64,000 nucleotides of DNA from Candidatus Krumholzibacteriia bacterium (GTDB lineage Bacteria > Krumholzibacteriota > Krumholzibacteriia > Krumholzibacteriales > Krumholzibacteriaceae), in contig CAWIIQ010000001.1 in assembly GCA_963836185.1 (NCBI GenBank), forward strand, positions 1,024,001 through 1,088,000, written 5' to 3'. Under the pieces are notes generated by a model. It was not told the DNA's origin. It searched no databases and saw only the letters and a program-made list of their open reading frames with translations. This document shows positions 52,123 through 62,478 of this stretch, one piece after another; the stretch's first letter is position 1; the number at the start of each line of letters is the position of its first letter. The position numbers and the translations under genes are program-made.

Positions 52123-54027
52123 CTATCGGAGGAGGACCAGCTTCGTCATGCCGACCATTTTCCCGCTGTCGAAGACTGCGGCGGCATAGATGCCCGATGC
52201 GACAGGCCGGCCACTGTCGGCCCTGCCGTTCCATACGACCGAACCGGTCCCGTCGGCTGACGACATCACGGTCCTCGTATGGATGCGTTTTCCGGCTATG
52301 GAGAAAACGACTACTTCTATAAGGCTGCCGGGGCTGGCCGTAAAGGAGATCGTCGTAGCGGGATTGAACGGGTTGGGCGAGCATGAGACCTCTGCCGGCG
52401 GCAGAGGCGCCGCGTCGCTTTCCTGACGGGAAGCAGCCGCATCCGCCGTCTCTTCCTGCAGGGTCAGGTCGCTGGAAACGGGAGGAGTGGAACCGTAGGG
52501 TGGAGGGAAGGGAAGTTCCTTTATAGCATCGACATTGATGTGCCCCATCGGCGCCGAGCAGTGGTCGACGATCTCGAGGTAGAACTCATGGCCCATATAG
52601 GGTTCGAGATTCCAGATCCGCTTATCCATCAGTTCGATGCCGCGCCCCGTTTCGCTGTATATCGTTTCTCCCGAGACGGCGTCGATCATCGCTATGTAGC
52701 ATGAATCGGGGTAAGCTCCTCCGCCTACGAGAAGACTCATCGAGCGTCCCGTCACGGTGAATACGGTCGAACGGATAGAGCCCCTCGGACCGTCTCCCTG
52801 GCGGGATCCAGGTCTGTATCCGAAGATCGGCCCGTCGAATCTCTCGGCCGTTCCGATCCACCAGTTTCCCTCGAATCCGACCTTTGTGGTGTCGTCGCCG
52901 CGGAAAGCGTACGCGTCTCCGAATACGGGCTGGTGATCGAACGCGTCTCCATCGAGGATCGTCCAGTCTCCGAGTGGAGCTTCAAGTTTGACAACGGCAT
53001 GGTCGCCGCTCCATGTCAGGGTGTCGAATCTGATCGAGTAGACATTGTCATTCGTGTAGTCGAGGTACGAGGTATGCCTCGATATTATTTCCGCTCCCGT
53101 AGGTGTTCGTGTGATCTCCGCCGCGTGGCCGAAATCGATGACCGACCTGTAGATGACGTTCCACCCGCTTGTCAGGGAATCGGAAAACATGTGGGAGACG
53201 CCTCCGACGCCTTCTTCGGTAAAGAAGAGGTGGTATTTACCCTCGCGCTTGAGGACAAAAGTACTCTCCAGCAGGTGCCAGTTGTCGTGAACGTACATCG
53301 GTCCCGTGTCGTTCCACGAGAATCTGCCGTCTCCGCTCGTGAGAGCCACGGCGCCGTAATCATACTTTGTCCTGGTAGTCTGCGTGAGATAGCAGCCGGT
53401 CTCATCCTCGAAGAAGTTAGGGTCCCGGAAATGGCAGTACTCGTCAACGGCCCAGTTGCACCAGGAAGAATCGCACGCAAACGGTTCGATAAGCTCTTCC
53501 TGCGCCTTGGTCCATTGAAAAAGGTCGCCGTTGGAGTAGGCTATCCCTGTCTGCTGGGCCGACGCGGAGTTTACACCTGTATAGAACATGAGGTAGTAGC
53601 CGTCCGTTCCCTCGAGCGGGATCACACACGGCGCCCATATATCACGTGAGTCCCATGCGCCCGGTTCTCCTCTCGAGAGCACAGGTTCATGGAACGTCCA
53701 GCGGACCAGGTCGGTAGAGGTGGCATGCCCGAAGGTTCGTTCGTTGGCGACGATATAGAAGATATGATATACGCCGTCGGCCATCACTATTGTGTGATCC
53801 TTGACGTCCTGGTCGGGGTTGTACAATACGGGGCCCTCGAAATCAAAGAAGACCATCGCTTCCGGATCGCCGGGGACAAAGGTGTCTCCCATCGAGCGGT
53901 CAGACCGGTGCTTCTTGTCGAAGTCGACGGCGTTTTCGGTCGCTCCGGCGGGGACAGCCGAAAGAAGGACCGATGCCGCGACAAGGGTGAGGGTCGTCTG
54001 GAATCGTGATCTGATAATGTGTGTCAT
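52123..54027 (-). CDS. Secreted GH32/GH43-like five-bladed beta-propeller glycosidase with FlgD/T9SS-type C-terminal domain
   Basis: KDHT, YHIFY, WAP, FRDP, LES motifs; C-terminal PNPFNP...WNG...G..VASGIY. Start at 54027 chosen from the signal peptide. Confidence 0.72.
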   Translation of the reverse strand: MTHIIRSRFQTTLTLVAASVLLSAVPAGATENAVDFDKKHRSDRSMGDTFVPGDPEAMVFFDFEGPVLYNPDQDVKDHTIVMADGVYHIFYIVANERTFGHATSTDLVRWTFHEPVLSRGEPGAWDSRDIWAPCVIPLEGTDGYYLMFYTGVNSASAQQTGIAYSNGDLFQWTKAQEELIEPFACDSSWCNWAVDEYCHFRDPNFFEDETGCYLTQTTRTKYDYGAVALTSGDGRFSWNDTGPMYVHDNWHLLESTFVLKREGKYHLFFTEEGVGGVSHMFSDSLTSGWNVIYRSVIDFGHAAEITRTPTGAEIISRHTSYLDYTNDNVYSIRFDTLTWSGDHAVVKLEAPLGDWTILDGDAFDHQPVFGDAYAFRGDDTTKVGFEGNWWIGTAERFDGPIFGYRPGSRQGDGPRGSIRSTVFTVTGRSMSLLVGGGAYPDSCYIAMIDAVSGETIYSETGRGIELMDKRIWNLEPYMGHEFYLEIVDHCSAPMGHINVDAIKELPFPPPYGSTPPVSSDLTLQEETADAAASRQESDAAPLPPAEVSCSPNPFNPATTISFTASPGSLIEVVVFSIAGKRIHTRTVMSSADGTGSVVWNGRADSGRPVASGIYAAAVFDSGKMVGMTKLVLLR

Positions 54028-54031
54028 AATA

Positions 54032-54072
54032 TAAAAAGTGACCCGGGTCAGGGCATGGCAGACCCGGGTCTG
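54032..54072 (-). terminator. Terminator built from two self-palindromic GACCCGGGTC arms
   Basis: Minus strand GACCCGGGTC-N11-GACCCGGGTC-ACTTTTT. Confidence 0.55.
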
Positions 54073-54154
54073 TGGGACTATCATGTCCCGGATTATTTTC
54101 CTATAGTCAGATCCGTTCAATCCTGAGCTCCCTCTCCGGAGGCGCAGGCAGGTA

Positions 54155-55387
54155 TCACCTCAGCAGGATCATCTTGCGGGTGAGGACCTCTTTGCCTATC
54201 TGCAGCCTGCAGTAGTACACGCCTGAAGGTATCGACCTTCCAGAGGAGAGAGCCGGATTCCATACATAGGTGTGGTCACCGGCGGATCTATTTCCGAGAT
54301 CGTGCCTGGCGACCGTCTTGCCCGACACGTCGTAGAACACCATCGTCACCCGGGTGCCTGATTCGGCCGATCCGACCGTGAACGGGATCGTGGTCGCCGG
54401 GTTGAAGGGATTCGGGTAGTTCTGGCCCATGGAACTCGGCACTCCGGGCACCCCGGAAGCCAGCATCGGCCCGACGATCGCCGGGTCATCGGTACCCAGC
54501 TCGACGAGCCAGTAGTACCTGTCGACCAGCGGATCATCGCATTCATCGAACCAGCTGAAACTCGTTATGCCGTAGACCGGTTCAGTGTTTCTCCTCATTG
54601 CGGAAGCAAGGTCGGGGCTGTCGCCGCGGTAGATATCAAATCCGGTAGTCTCGCCGCAGCAGTACGCGACCCAGGAGAGGACCACGCCGCCATTGACCCT
54701 TTCGCATACTGCCGTCGTGACCTGAACGGCAGTAACAGGGATCAACTCGAGTGATACCTGTTCGGAAGTGCCGGAGGCGGTCATGATGCCGCTGACTTCC
54801 GCGCTCCTGTATCCGGGGGCGCTGGCCTGAACGGTAAATTCGCCTTCGGGCAGGTTCGAGAAATCGAAATTCTTGTCGTTGAAACATGAGCAGGACATGA
54901 CGTGGCCGTCGGCCGTGCTGATCAGGTTTACGACGGCCCCGGCCGGAACACCGGGCTGATCCGACTCGAGGATGCCCTCGATGACCGCGTCGGGCCTGTC
55001 GAGCCAGTACTCATATGTGGAATCGTTGAATGAGAAATACCAGTACCCGCTGTCGGGCAGGACCGCGACTATCGACGGGGGGCTCCAGTCGTATGCGGCT
55101 GTTCCCCAGCCCTCTGTGAACGACCAGCCCCAGTGCATGGGCAGGTACGATCCATCCGCGGTGAATTTGAAGTATATCGTGTCGGGGTCGCCCGGCTCAT
55201 TAATCAGCTTGAGCTTTCGCCAGACGTTATCGCCGATCGGATCCATGTTGTTTTCTGCGTCATCCGGCTCACATGTGATTCCGGCGAAATTGCCGACCAA
55301 CTGTATCGAACTGAATTCCTGGGCTTGCGCCCCGGCTGCAGATAGAAAAAGGCTGCCGACGAGCAGCATGCCTGTAAGAAGATTCAT
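54155..55387 (-). CDS. Secreted protein: SusE/F- or CBM-like domain + carboxypeptidase-regulatory-like domain + FlgD/T9SS-type C-terminal domain
   Basis: Signal peptide; LVGNF...M....W....YFKF..DG...WG; F.NLP.G.F.V.ASAPGY; QNYPNPFNP...SGVYY.RL....RKMILLR. Confidence 0.7.
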   Translation of the reverse strand: MNLLTGMLLVGSLFLSAAGAQAQEFSSIQLVGNFAGITCEPDDAENNMDPIGDNVWRKLKLINEPGDPDTIYFKFTADGSYLPMHWGWSFTEGWGTAAYDWSPPSIVAVLPDSGYWYFSFNDSTYEYWLDRPDAVIEGILESDQPGVPAGAVVNLISTADGHVMSCSCFNDKNFDFSNLPEGEFTVQASAPGYRSAEVSGIMTASGTSEQVSLELIPVTAVQVTTAVCERVNGGVVLSWVAYCCGETTGFDIYRGDSPDLASAMRRNTEPVYGITSFSWFDECDDPLVDRYYWLVELGTDDPAIVGPMLASGVPGVPSSMGQNYPNPFNPATTIPFTVGSAESGTRVTMVFYDVSGKTVARHDLGNRSAGDHTYVWNPALSSGRSIPSGVYYCRLQIGKEVLTRKMILLR

Positions 55388-55460
55388 TCTCAATTCCACA
55401 CTTCCCTCAAGATGTAAAGCGCGCATTCCCGGACGAGAAGGAATGCGTCGATGTAGGTAA

Positions 55461-55489
55461 ATTATAGCGCAGTATGCCGTTTTTGTCAA
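55461..55489 (-). promoter_or_regulatory. Consensus sigma70 promoter
   Basis: Minus strand TTGACA, 17 bp, TATAAT (perfect consensus). Confidence 0.8.
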
Positions 55490-55547
55490 TATAGACAATC
55501 AGGGACAGACTGCCATCGGGCATTTCCATCCATCCGGACCTCTCTGA

Positions 55548-55563
55548 CGGAACGGTTATTGCA
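55548..55563 (+). promoter_or_regulatory. sigma54 (-24/-12) promoter
   Basis: CGGAACGGTTATTGCA: GG (55549-50)-N10-GC (55561-62). Confidence 0.55.
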
Positions 55564-55681
55564 AAATTCGATTCAGAATGGCCCCAGGGCCTGCAGATAT
55601 TCTGTAACATCAGATTATACAACGGGTTCGGATTTGGATGCCCCGCCGGCCCGGTTGGATTTTGCAACCGGAGGACACGAA

Positions 55682-56182
55682 TTGAGCGAAAAATTGATGC
55701 TTGAACCGAGGGATACCTTCGAATCGAGGGAATTTTACATCAAGGCAGAGGCAAACATTAAAAGAAGCAATTATGCCGACGCCGTGAAATTTCTCGAGCA
55801 GGCGCTGAAGATATCGCCCGAGAATCCCGTCTATCTCTCTACCATGGGACTGTGCGAATCGATGATGGGTGATCCGGTCAAAGGAGAGGAAAAGTGTATG
55901 CTGGCCCTGCAGCTGGCCGGCCGCGAGCGCGATCCGATGCTCTACGTCAATCTCGGACGAGTCGTGCTCGAAAGAGGCGACCGGATGAAGGCGCGGGATT
56001 ACTTCACCAAGGCGTACAGGATGGACAATACCAACGCCCCCGCGGCGCTCGAGCTCTCCCGCATGGGAGTGCGCAAGAAGCCCGTGGTGCCTTTCCTTGG
56101 TCGCAACCACCCGTTGAACAAGTACCTTGGAAGACTCAGGCACCAGCTCAAGGAAAAACGCGCCGGAGAGCTGAAGAAGTAG
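55682..56182 (+). CDS. TPR protein with basic C-terminal G.RK.P..PFL.R.HPLN..LG motif
   Basis: GGAGG RBS then TTG 55682; three TPR-like repeats. Confidence 0.75.
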   Translation: MSEKLMLEPRDTFESREFYIKAEANIKRSNYADAVKFLEQALKISPENPVYLSTMGLCESMMGDPVKGEEKCMLALQLAGRERDPMLYVNLGRVVLERGDRMKARDYFTKAYRMDNTNAPAALELSRMGVRKKPVVPFLGRNHPLNKYLGRLRHQLKEKRAGELKK

Positions 56183-56261
56183 TAACGTCCGTTGCTTCTT
56201 CCGGCATTATCCCGAGAATTCTCTGGCAACACCGGGCCGTACGACCTTATCATCCCCATGT

Positions 56262-57471
56262 ATGGATACTAACGGCAGATGTATACCCGTGACATTCCGG
56301 ACGGTCTGGATCGCATCGTCGATCCTGATCCCGATCCTCTGCGGCGCATGCGGCGGAAGCGGCAGTGTGCAGGACGTGATGGACTCGGGCTGGGACGAGA
56401 CGAGGCGCGATGCCGATACGCGGATACTGCTTTCTCTGGAGCGCGGCCGTTATGATGAGGTGATCAGGATCGCCGACAGCCTCGAGGCTGCCGAAGGTAC
56501 CGATCCGCGGCTGCAGGGGCAGAAGGCCGAGGCCCTCTGGAGGACGGGCAGTGTGGATGAAGCGGTATCTCTCTTCGAGGAGTCGCTTCTTGCCGACTAC
56601 GCTGTCTGCGAGACGCACCTGAATTTCGCAGTCTGTCTTCTCGAGAATGGAAAGACCGGACGGGCGCTTACCGAACTGAACGAGGCGAAGATGTTCTGCG
56701 GCCTCGAAAACACCCCGGTGATAAACAGGAACCTTGCCGTTGTGAGGATAAAGATGGGTGAGGAGGAATCGGCGCTCGCTGTCGTCGACGAGGGGCTCGA
56801 ATACGCTCCGAACGATTCGTACCTGCTCGGGTTGAAGGGGATGCTCATCGCCGATGCCAACCCGGTCCTCGCCGAGACTCTCTTCGTCAAGTCTGAGCGT
56901 GAGGGGGGGATGACTCCCGATTTCCTTTACCAGCTCGGGCTCCTGATGCTGAGGAGCAGCCAGCCGTCGCGCGCGGTCAAACCTCTGGAGGAAGCGCTGG
57001 CGGCGGATCCGACCGACCTTGAGGTCAAGTTCAACTACGCGGAGGCGCTGGCAAGATCGGGAAAGACAGAACAGGCCGAAGCGGTCCTCAGGGAGATGCT
57101 CGGCGGGGCGTATGAGGAGAAGGCCTTGAAAAGCCTTGCCCGCCTGATCTATCGAAAGGGTGAATACGCTGAGGCTCTGGGCCTCTTTCGCGACTCTCCC
57201 GGAGACTCCCGAGAACCTCGACCGGGTCGCGATGTGCCTTCACAGACTGTCGCGCACCGAAGAAGCGATCGTGATCCAGAGGACGGTCGTCGATGAGAGA
57301 CCCGACTGGCCGACCGGCCTTATCAATCTCGCGGTAATGCTCGCTTCGACGGGTGAACTGGACGAGTCGGAGAGGCTGCTGATGAGAGCTCTCGAACTCG
57401 ATCCCGAGAACGTGACAGCCCTGGTCAATCTCGAAAGCCTCAGGGAGGCGCGAGACAAAAGCGGCCGCTGA
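56262..57471 (+). CDS. TPR-repeat lipoprotein (one +1 frameshift ~57188)
   Basis: Lipobox-like LCGA-C; TPRs continue from ORF 56262 into ORF 57160 (LGLF/ATLPETPENL). Confidence 0.75.
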
Positions 57472-57472
57472 A

Positions 57473-57579
57473 GCCCTTTTATCCCCATGAGTAGATGCAC
57501 TCATTCCTGGCATCGGGCCCGCGCCCGGGCCGAAGCGGCAATATCGGCCCCTCGGGGTGCCTGGTGCCTGATAGGGGGC
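57473..57579 (+). ncRNA. Candidate structured RNA (three-way junction), family unrecognised
   Basis: Outer stem 57473-83/57570-79, hairpin ATGAGT/ACTCAT (57487-504), long imperfect hairpin 57509-57568. Confidence 0.3.
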
Positions 57580-57704
57580 GTAAATAATAAAAAACCATTG
57601 TTATTCACCTCCCCTGTCTTATAGTATGCTTTGTCGAACAGGAAACAATCCTCCTCCGGCTGACGTAAGATGAAGTGAGGATTCCAAAAGCGGAGGTAGA
57701 CATC

Positions 57705-58134
57705 ATGTACTGCCAGCATTGCGGTAAAGAAGCGAGTGAAGAGAAGCGCGTACTGCGAAAACTGCGGCAGGCCCCTTGCGAAGGAGCAGCCAGCGGGCCG
57801 GAAGCTGTACGCATATGAACTGACCCGTCTCACCGTCCCCGAGGAGACGAAAAATCCCGGGGTCGCTGCGTCGCTCGGTTTCTTTCTCGGCTGGATACTG
57901 CTCGGGCCGGTCGGCTACATCTACCTCGGTCAATGGAACTGGTTCTGGCTTACCTTCGTGATCCAGATCTTCGCCATCCCGCTCACCGCGGGTGTGGCGT
58001 ACATCCTCCTTCCCGTGATCTTCGCTATCCATCAGTACCAGATGGCGAAGGAGCTGAACGAGATGGTCGCTGACGCCAGAGAAGGCAGGCAGGACGGTCT
58101 CGATGACGACATGCCGGCTATCATGGAGGAATGA
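57705..58134 (+). CDS. Zinc-ribbon + TM2-like membrane protein (one +1 frameshift ~57740)
   Basis: GGAGGT RBS; MYCQHCGKEASE/RSAYCENCG double CxxC; KNPGVAA.LGFF..G.IYLGQW. Confidence 0.75.
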
Positions 58135-58149
58135 GGAGAGGATGAGCTC

Positions 58150-59096
58150 TTGGATCGCAATCTGGCCCTTGAGCTGGTCCGGGCGACCGAGGCGGCGGCG
58201 CTGGCTTCCGCCCGTCTGCTCGGTAAAGGGCGATCCCATAGCCGCCGACAGGGCGGCCGCCGCGGCGATGGCCCTCGCGATCAGGGGAATAAAGATCACC
58301 GGACATGTGATCATCGGCGAGAGGGACGAGATCCCCGACGCCGTTCTGCGCCGTGGAGACGTTGTCGGCTCCGGCGAGGAGCCCGAGGTCGATATAGCGC
58401 TCGATCCGCTCGAAGGGATGGGCTCTCTCGCGGACGGACAGGGAAACGCGATCTCCGCCGATTGCCATCGCCCCGAGGGGATCCTTCAGGCATTTCAACT
58501 CGAGATATATGAGAAAGATAGCGGTAGGCAGAGACGCGGCGGATGCATCGACCTGGGCATCTCCGTCTTCGATCAGCTCGTAAGGATAGCCGAGGCGAAG
58601 CGGGTATATGTAGAGGATCTCACCGTGGCGATCCTCAAGAGGGAAAGACACGACGATACTTATAGATGAAGTGAGGCGCACCGGCGCCAGGATAGAGCTC
58701 GTACGGGACGGGGACCTCGCCGCGGCCTTCGCCGCAGTGCTGCCCGGCACGGGCATAGATGTAGCGCTCGGGACGGGGGATACCCGCCAGGGTATCATAA
58801 CCGCGGCGGCGATGGCCTGCCTCGGAGGAGGCTTCCAGGGTGAGCTGGTCAGGGAGGAAGGCGGGCCGGCAGATGACGACGGCGACTACGAAAGGATCTT
58901 CGGGATCGACGACCTCGCCGGCGGAAGCAATATCATGTTCGCGGTGACCGGCGTTTCGAGATGCCCTTTCCTCGAGGGAGTGAACTTTCGTCCAGGGGGC
59001 GCGGTGACCAACAGCCTCGTGCTGCGAAGCAAGAGCGGCACGCTGAGGTTTCTGCGTACCGAGCATTTCTTCGACAAGGAACCTGACTACACCTGA
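58150..59096 (+). pseudogene. glpX: Class II fructose-1,6-bisphosphatase GlpX-like gene with four apparent frameshifts and altered active-site motifs
   Basis: MDRNLALELVRATEAAA, AADRAA, DIALDPLEG, YMRKIAVG, RH..LI.EVR..GARI.L..DGD, FAVTGVS...L.GV, spread over three frames. Confidence 0.7.
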
Positions 59097-59137
59097 TCGA
59101 GTGACCGGGCGGACCATGACCGGCCGCGGACAATCCG

Positions 59138-60461
59138 ATGGACGATCTTTTTTCAGCGGAAACCCCTTCTCCGCTCGCCGAGCGCATGAGGCCGAGGACC
59201 CTCGACGAGTTCTTCGGACAGAGCGATGTCGTAGGCGAGGGCAAGATCCTCAGGCGGATGCTCGAGCAGGGCTCTCTCGAATCTTCGCTGATATTCTGGG
59301 GGCCTCCGGGATGCGGCAAGACGACTCTCGCGCATATCATCGCCGAAAAGGTCGACGCGAATTTCGTCTTCTTCTCGGCCGTCACCTCCGGGATAGCCGA
59401 CGTCCGCAGGATAATGGGAGAAGCAGGGCAGAGGCTCTCCTATAACGGTCGACGCACGATCCTCTTCGTCGACGAGATCCACAGGTTCAACAAGGCTCAG
59501 CAGGACGCTTTTCTTCCCCATATAGAGAGCGGGACGATAATCCTGATAGGCGCGACGACGGAGAATCCCAGCTTCGAGGTGATATCGCCCATTGCTGTCA
59601 CGCTGCAGGGTGTTCGTCCTCAAGCTGCTCGGCGAGGACGACATCGCGGGGATAGTTCGCGCGGCGCTCGATGATGTCGAGCGAGGATACGGGAAGAGAA
59701 AGATCGATGCCGACAGCGAAGTCCTCGGATACCTCGCACATCTGGCAAACGGCGATGCGAGGACGGCGCTCAACGCGCTCGAGATGTCGATAGCCTCGTT
59801 CCCCGGCTCCGGGCCGGTGACGCTGACGCGCGATTCTGTCGAGGAGGCCGTCCAGAAGAGGAGCATCCTCTACGACAAGAAGGGCGAGGAACATTTCAAC
59901 ATCATATCGGCCCTTCACAAGAGCCTGCGCGGGGGGGATCCCGACGCGGGACTCTACTGGCTCGCCAGGATGATCGAGGCGGGAGAGGACCCGATGTATG
60001 TCGTGCGCCGCCTCGTAAGGTTCGCGTCGGAGGATGTCGGGAACGCCGATCCACAGGCCCTACAGGTCACGCTCGGCGCGATGGAGGCCGTACGGTTCAT
60101 CGGCCTGCCCGAGGGGAAGCTCGCTCTCGCCCAGGCTGTCACATACCTCGCGCTCGCACCGAAGAGCAACGCGCTCGAGAAGGCATACATCGCGGCGGCA
60201 AAGGATGTGGAGGAACACGGTCCCATGCCCGTCCCCCTCTGGATCAGGAACGCGCCGACCAGGCTGATGAAGGACCTCGGGTACGGGGAAGGGTATGACT
60301 ATCCCCACGAGGATCCCGACGCAGTCGTCTCCCAGGAATATTTCCCCGAAGGGATGGAGGGAAGGAGATATTACGAGCCTGTCGAGCGTGGATTCGAGAG
60401 AGAGATGATAAAAAGGCTCGAGTACTGGAGGCGCCTGCGCGATAAGAAGAAAGAGGAGTGA
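59138..60461 (+). CDS. rarA: Replication-associated recombination protein A (one +1 frameshift ~59589)
   Basis: [77 protein letters not shown]. Confidence 0.92.
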
Positions 60462-60582
60462 AATCGGAAAAATAGTGTAAACACCCTACGTATATAGAAG
60501 TTGACACCTGGTCTCAACTATCCTCACGAGCTGTAAAGAAACCTTACGAACGCAAAACTAATGTCCTTATAAATGTACAATC

Positions 60583-60611
60583 TTGACTTTTATAGCGATA
60601 TATGTAATAAT
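60583..60611 (+). promoter_or_regulatory. sigma70-type promoter in AT-rich intergenic region
   Basis: TTGACT, 17 bp, AATAAT with TG extended -10. Confidence 0.45.
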
Positions 60612-60684
60612 TTGACTTGTTAGAGTGCGTTTCTAAATATCGGTTCGTGAATGGGGCATACTTCTTCGGAGGAGCGACATCGTT

Positions 60685-61676
60685 ATGTTCAGGAAGCCCC
60701 TTCTTATCCTGTCTATATTTATACTGACGGTTGTAATGATTATTCCTTCCGGGGAGGCGAACGCCCAGTGCTTCGGCTCGCTCATGCTGTCCCCCGGATT
60801 CTTCGAGTTCGACTACCTTGTCAGGCTGGCCGTCCATTTCGGCAGCGCCGAAGATATTCCCACAGACATCATATGCAGCAGGGGCAGGATACCCGGCGAA
60901 GATATAATCGAGGTCCCGATCTGGTTCTATAATGTCCACGAGGGAGTGACCTATCTCGAGTTCGCGGTGGAGTCGAACGACAGCATCGTCGGATTCACTC
61001 CTGAAAGCTGCATTTCGATCGTTCACGAGACGATCGTGAAGCTCAAGGGCGGCATATTCAATCACAGTATCAAGCTGGATGCCTGCATGCCGCTGTGCGG
61101 CCCCGGGCTTGCGGGGTACGCGCTTATCAAGCCGGCCGAGGGATTCGGAGCTTACCTGGATAAATCTCGTAGAGAACAGGCATTCGGACAGGATGTACGC
61201 CAGTGACAGGCTGTATAACAGGCATGACATGTTTTCGCCTCACCACGGCGGGTATGTCGGTACGAGTTTTCTCTATACCTGCCAGAGGCCGATATGCGAA
61301 GAGCCGAACCTGCCCGTCGTCGATCTCGACGCGACAGCGGGATACGGACATTGCAGTCAAGCTCACCTGGATCGCAGGCGAAGGTAATACGACCGTGATC
61401 AGGGCGGGGGAAGACGGGTTCCCGACCGGTTATGGCGATGGACGCCTCGTAGTCGAGATGCCGAGCACGTACGGCCAGCGGCTGTACTATTACGACACCG
61501 CCGCTCCGCAGGGCGCGATCCTTTATTACAAGGCATTCTCACTTACAATGGATACTTCCGGCGAGGTGCTCGATGATTCGTTCGTCGAGTGCGCCGCGAC
61601 GGATACGACATTCACGCACGGATTCATCGCGACGGAAGAATCGAGCTGGGGCGCGATCAAGAAGATCAAGAAGTAG
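60685..61676 (+). CDS. Secreted protein with C-terminal ATEESSWGAIK motif (two +1 frameshifts, ~61146 and ~61348)
   Basis: Signal peptide; reading continues through ORFs 60685, 61079 and 61203; FN3-like segment (LTW..G...VIR....FP....DG...YY.AFS). Confidence 0.65.
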
Positions 61677-61716
61677 ATGACAGGCTGCTGACGGGAATCC
61701 GCACTCCACATATGAG

Positions 61717-61750
61717 AAAAACGGCCGAAGCCCTCCGAGGCCGTTTTTTT
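61717..61750. terminator. Bidirectional terminator between convergent genes
   Basis: AAAAACGGCC-N12-GGCCGTTTTTTT. Confidence 0.8.
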
Positions 61751-61763
61751 ATGTCCTCGCCGT

Positions 61764-62456
61764 TCAGCTCATACCCGACTCGATCATCACCTCGAGAAGG
61801 GTGCCCAGCCCAGGCAGGTGCAGGTCGGCCCCGGCGATCGGGACGCCGGCGGTGACCGCCGTCTCGACTACGATGACCTTCATCTCAGCGGCGTGAGCGC
61901 TGATGACGCCCTTCTCGGCATCCTCGATGGCAAAGCATCTGGCCGGCTCGAGGCCGAGTCTCCCGGCGGCAAGAAGGTAAGGTTCGGGGAAAGGCTTTAT
62001 CTTCCCGGAGTCATCTTTTCCCACGACTGTCTCGAAGAGATGACCGATCTTGTGAGCATCGAGCAGAGCATTTACATCATGGCTGTACGATCCTGACGCG
62101 ATGGCGGTCCTGAGGCCCGAACTTCCGAACAGCTCGACGATCCGTACCGCCTCGGGGAAGAGAGGTATCTCGCCTCTCCTGCAATAGGAGGAATAGACGG
62201 GGTCCTTCTCCGCCCGTATATCGGCGGGATCGAGGTCGAGCCCGTATCTGCGTATCTCACCCTCCGCGCCTCCGCCCTTCGAGGTCCATTCCACCCAGTA
62301 CTCCTCGCGGTCTATCGTATGGCCCTTTCCCGAGAAGACCTCAGAATATGCCCTGTAGTGAAAAGGCTCGGAGTCGACGATCACGTTGTCGAAATCAAAG
62401 ATGACCGCATCGGCGCCGTCGACTATCTGTCGGAAGACCTCAATATTGCCGCTCAA
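61764..62456 (-). CDS. HAD-superfamily phosphatase (beta-PGM/CbbY-like)
   Basis: IFDFD.VIVDSE, IAS, KP.PEPYL, IEDA..G..SA.AA.M. Confidence 0.9.
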   Translation of the reverse strand: MSGNIEVFRQIVDGADAVIFDFDNVIVDSEPFHYRAYSEVFSGKGHTIDREEYWVEWTSKGGGAEGEIRRYGLDLDPADIRAEKDPVYSSYCRRGEIPLFPEAVRIVELFGSSGLRTAIASGSYSHDVNALLDAHKIGHLFETVVGKDDSGKIKPFPEPYLLAAGRLGLEPARCFAIEDAEKGVISAHAAEMKVIVVETAVTAGVPIAGADLHLPGLGTLLEVMIESGMS

Positions 62457-62478
62457 ATCGCTCTCCTTCCGGCGCCCC

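Noticed and set aside
60461-60685. AT-rich stretch as a possible mobile-element end or CRISPR leader
   Set aside because: No repeats, terminal inverted repeats, integrase or cas genes. Explained as a promoter region.
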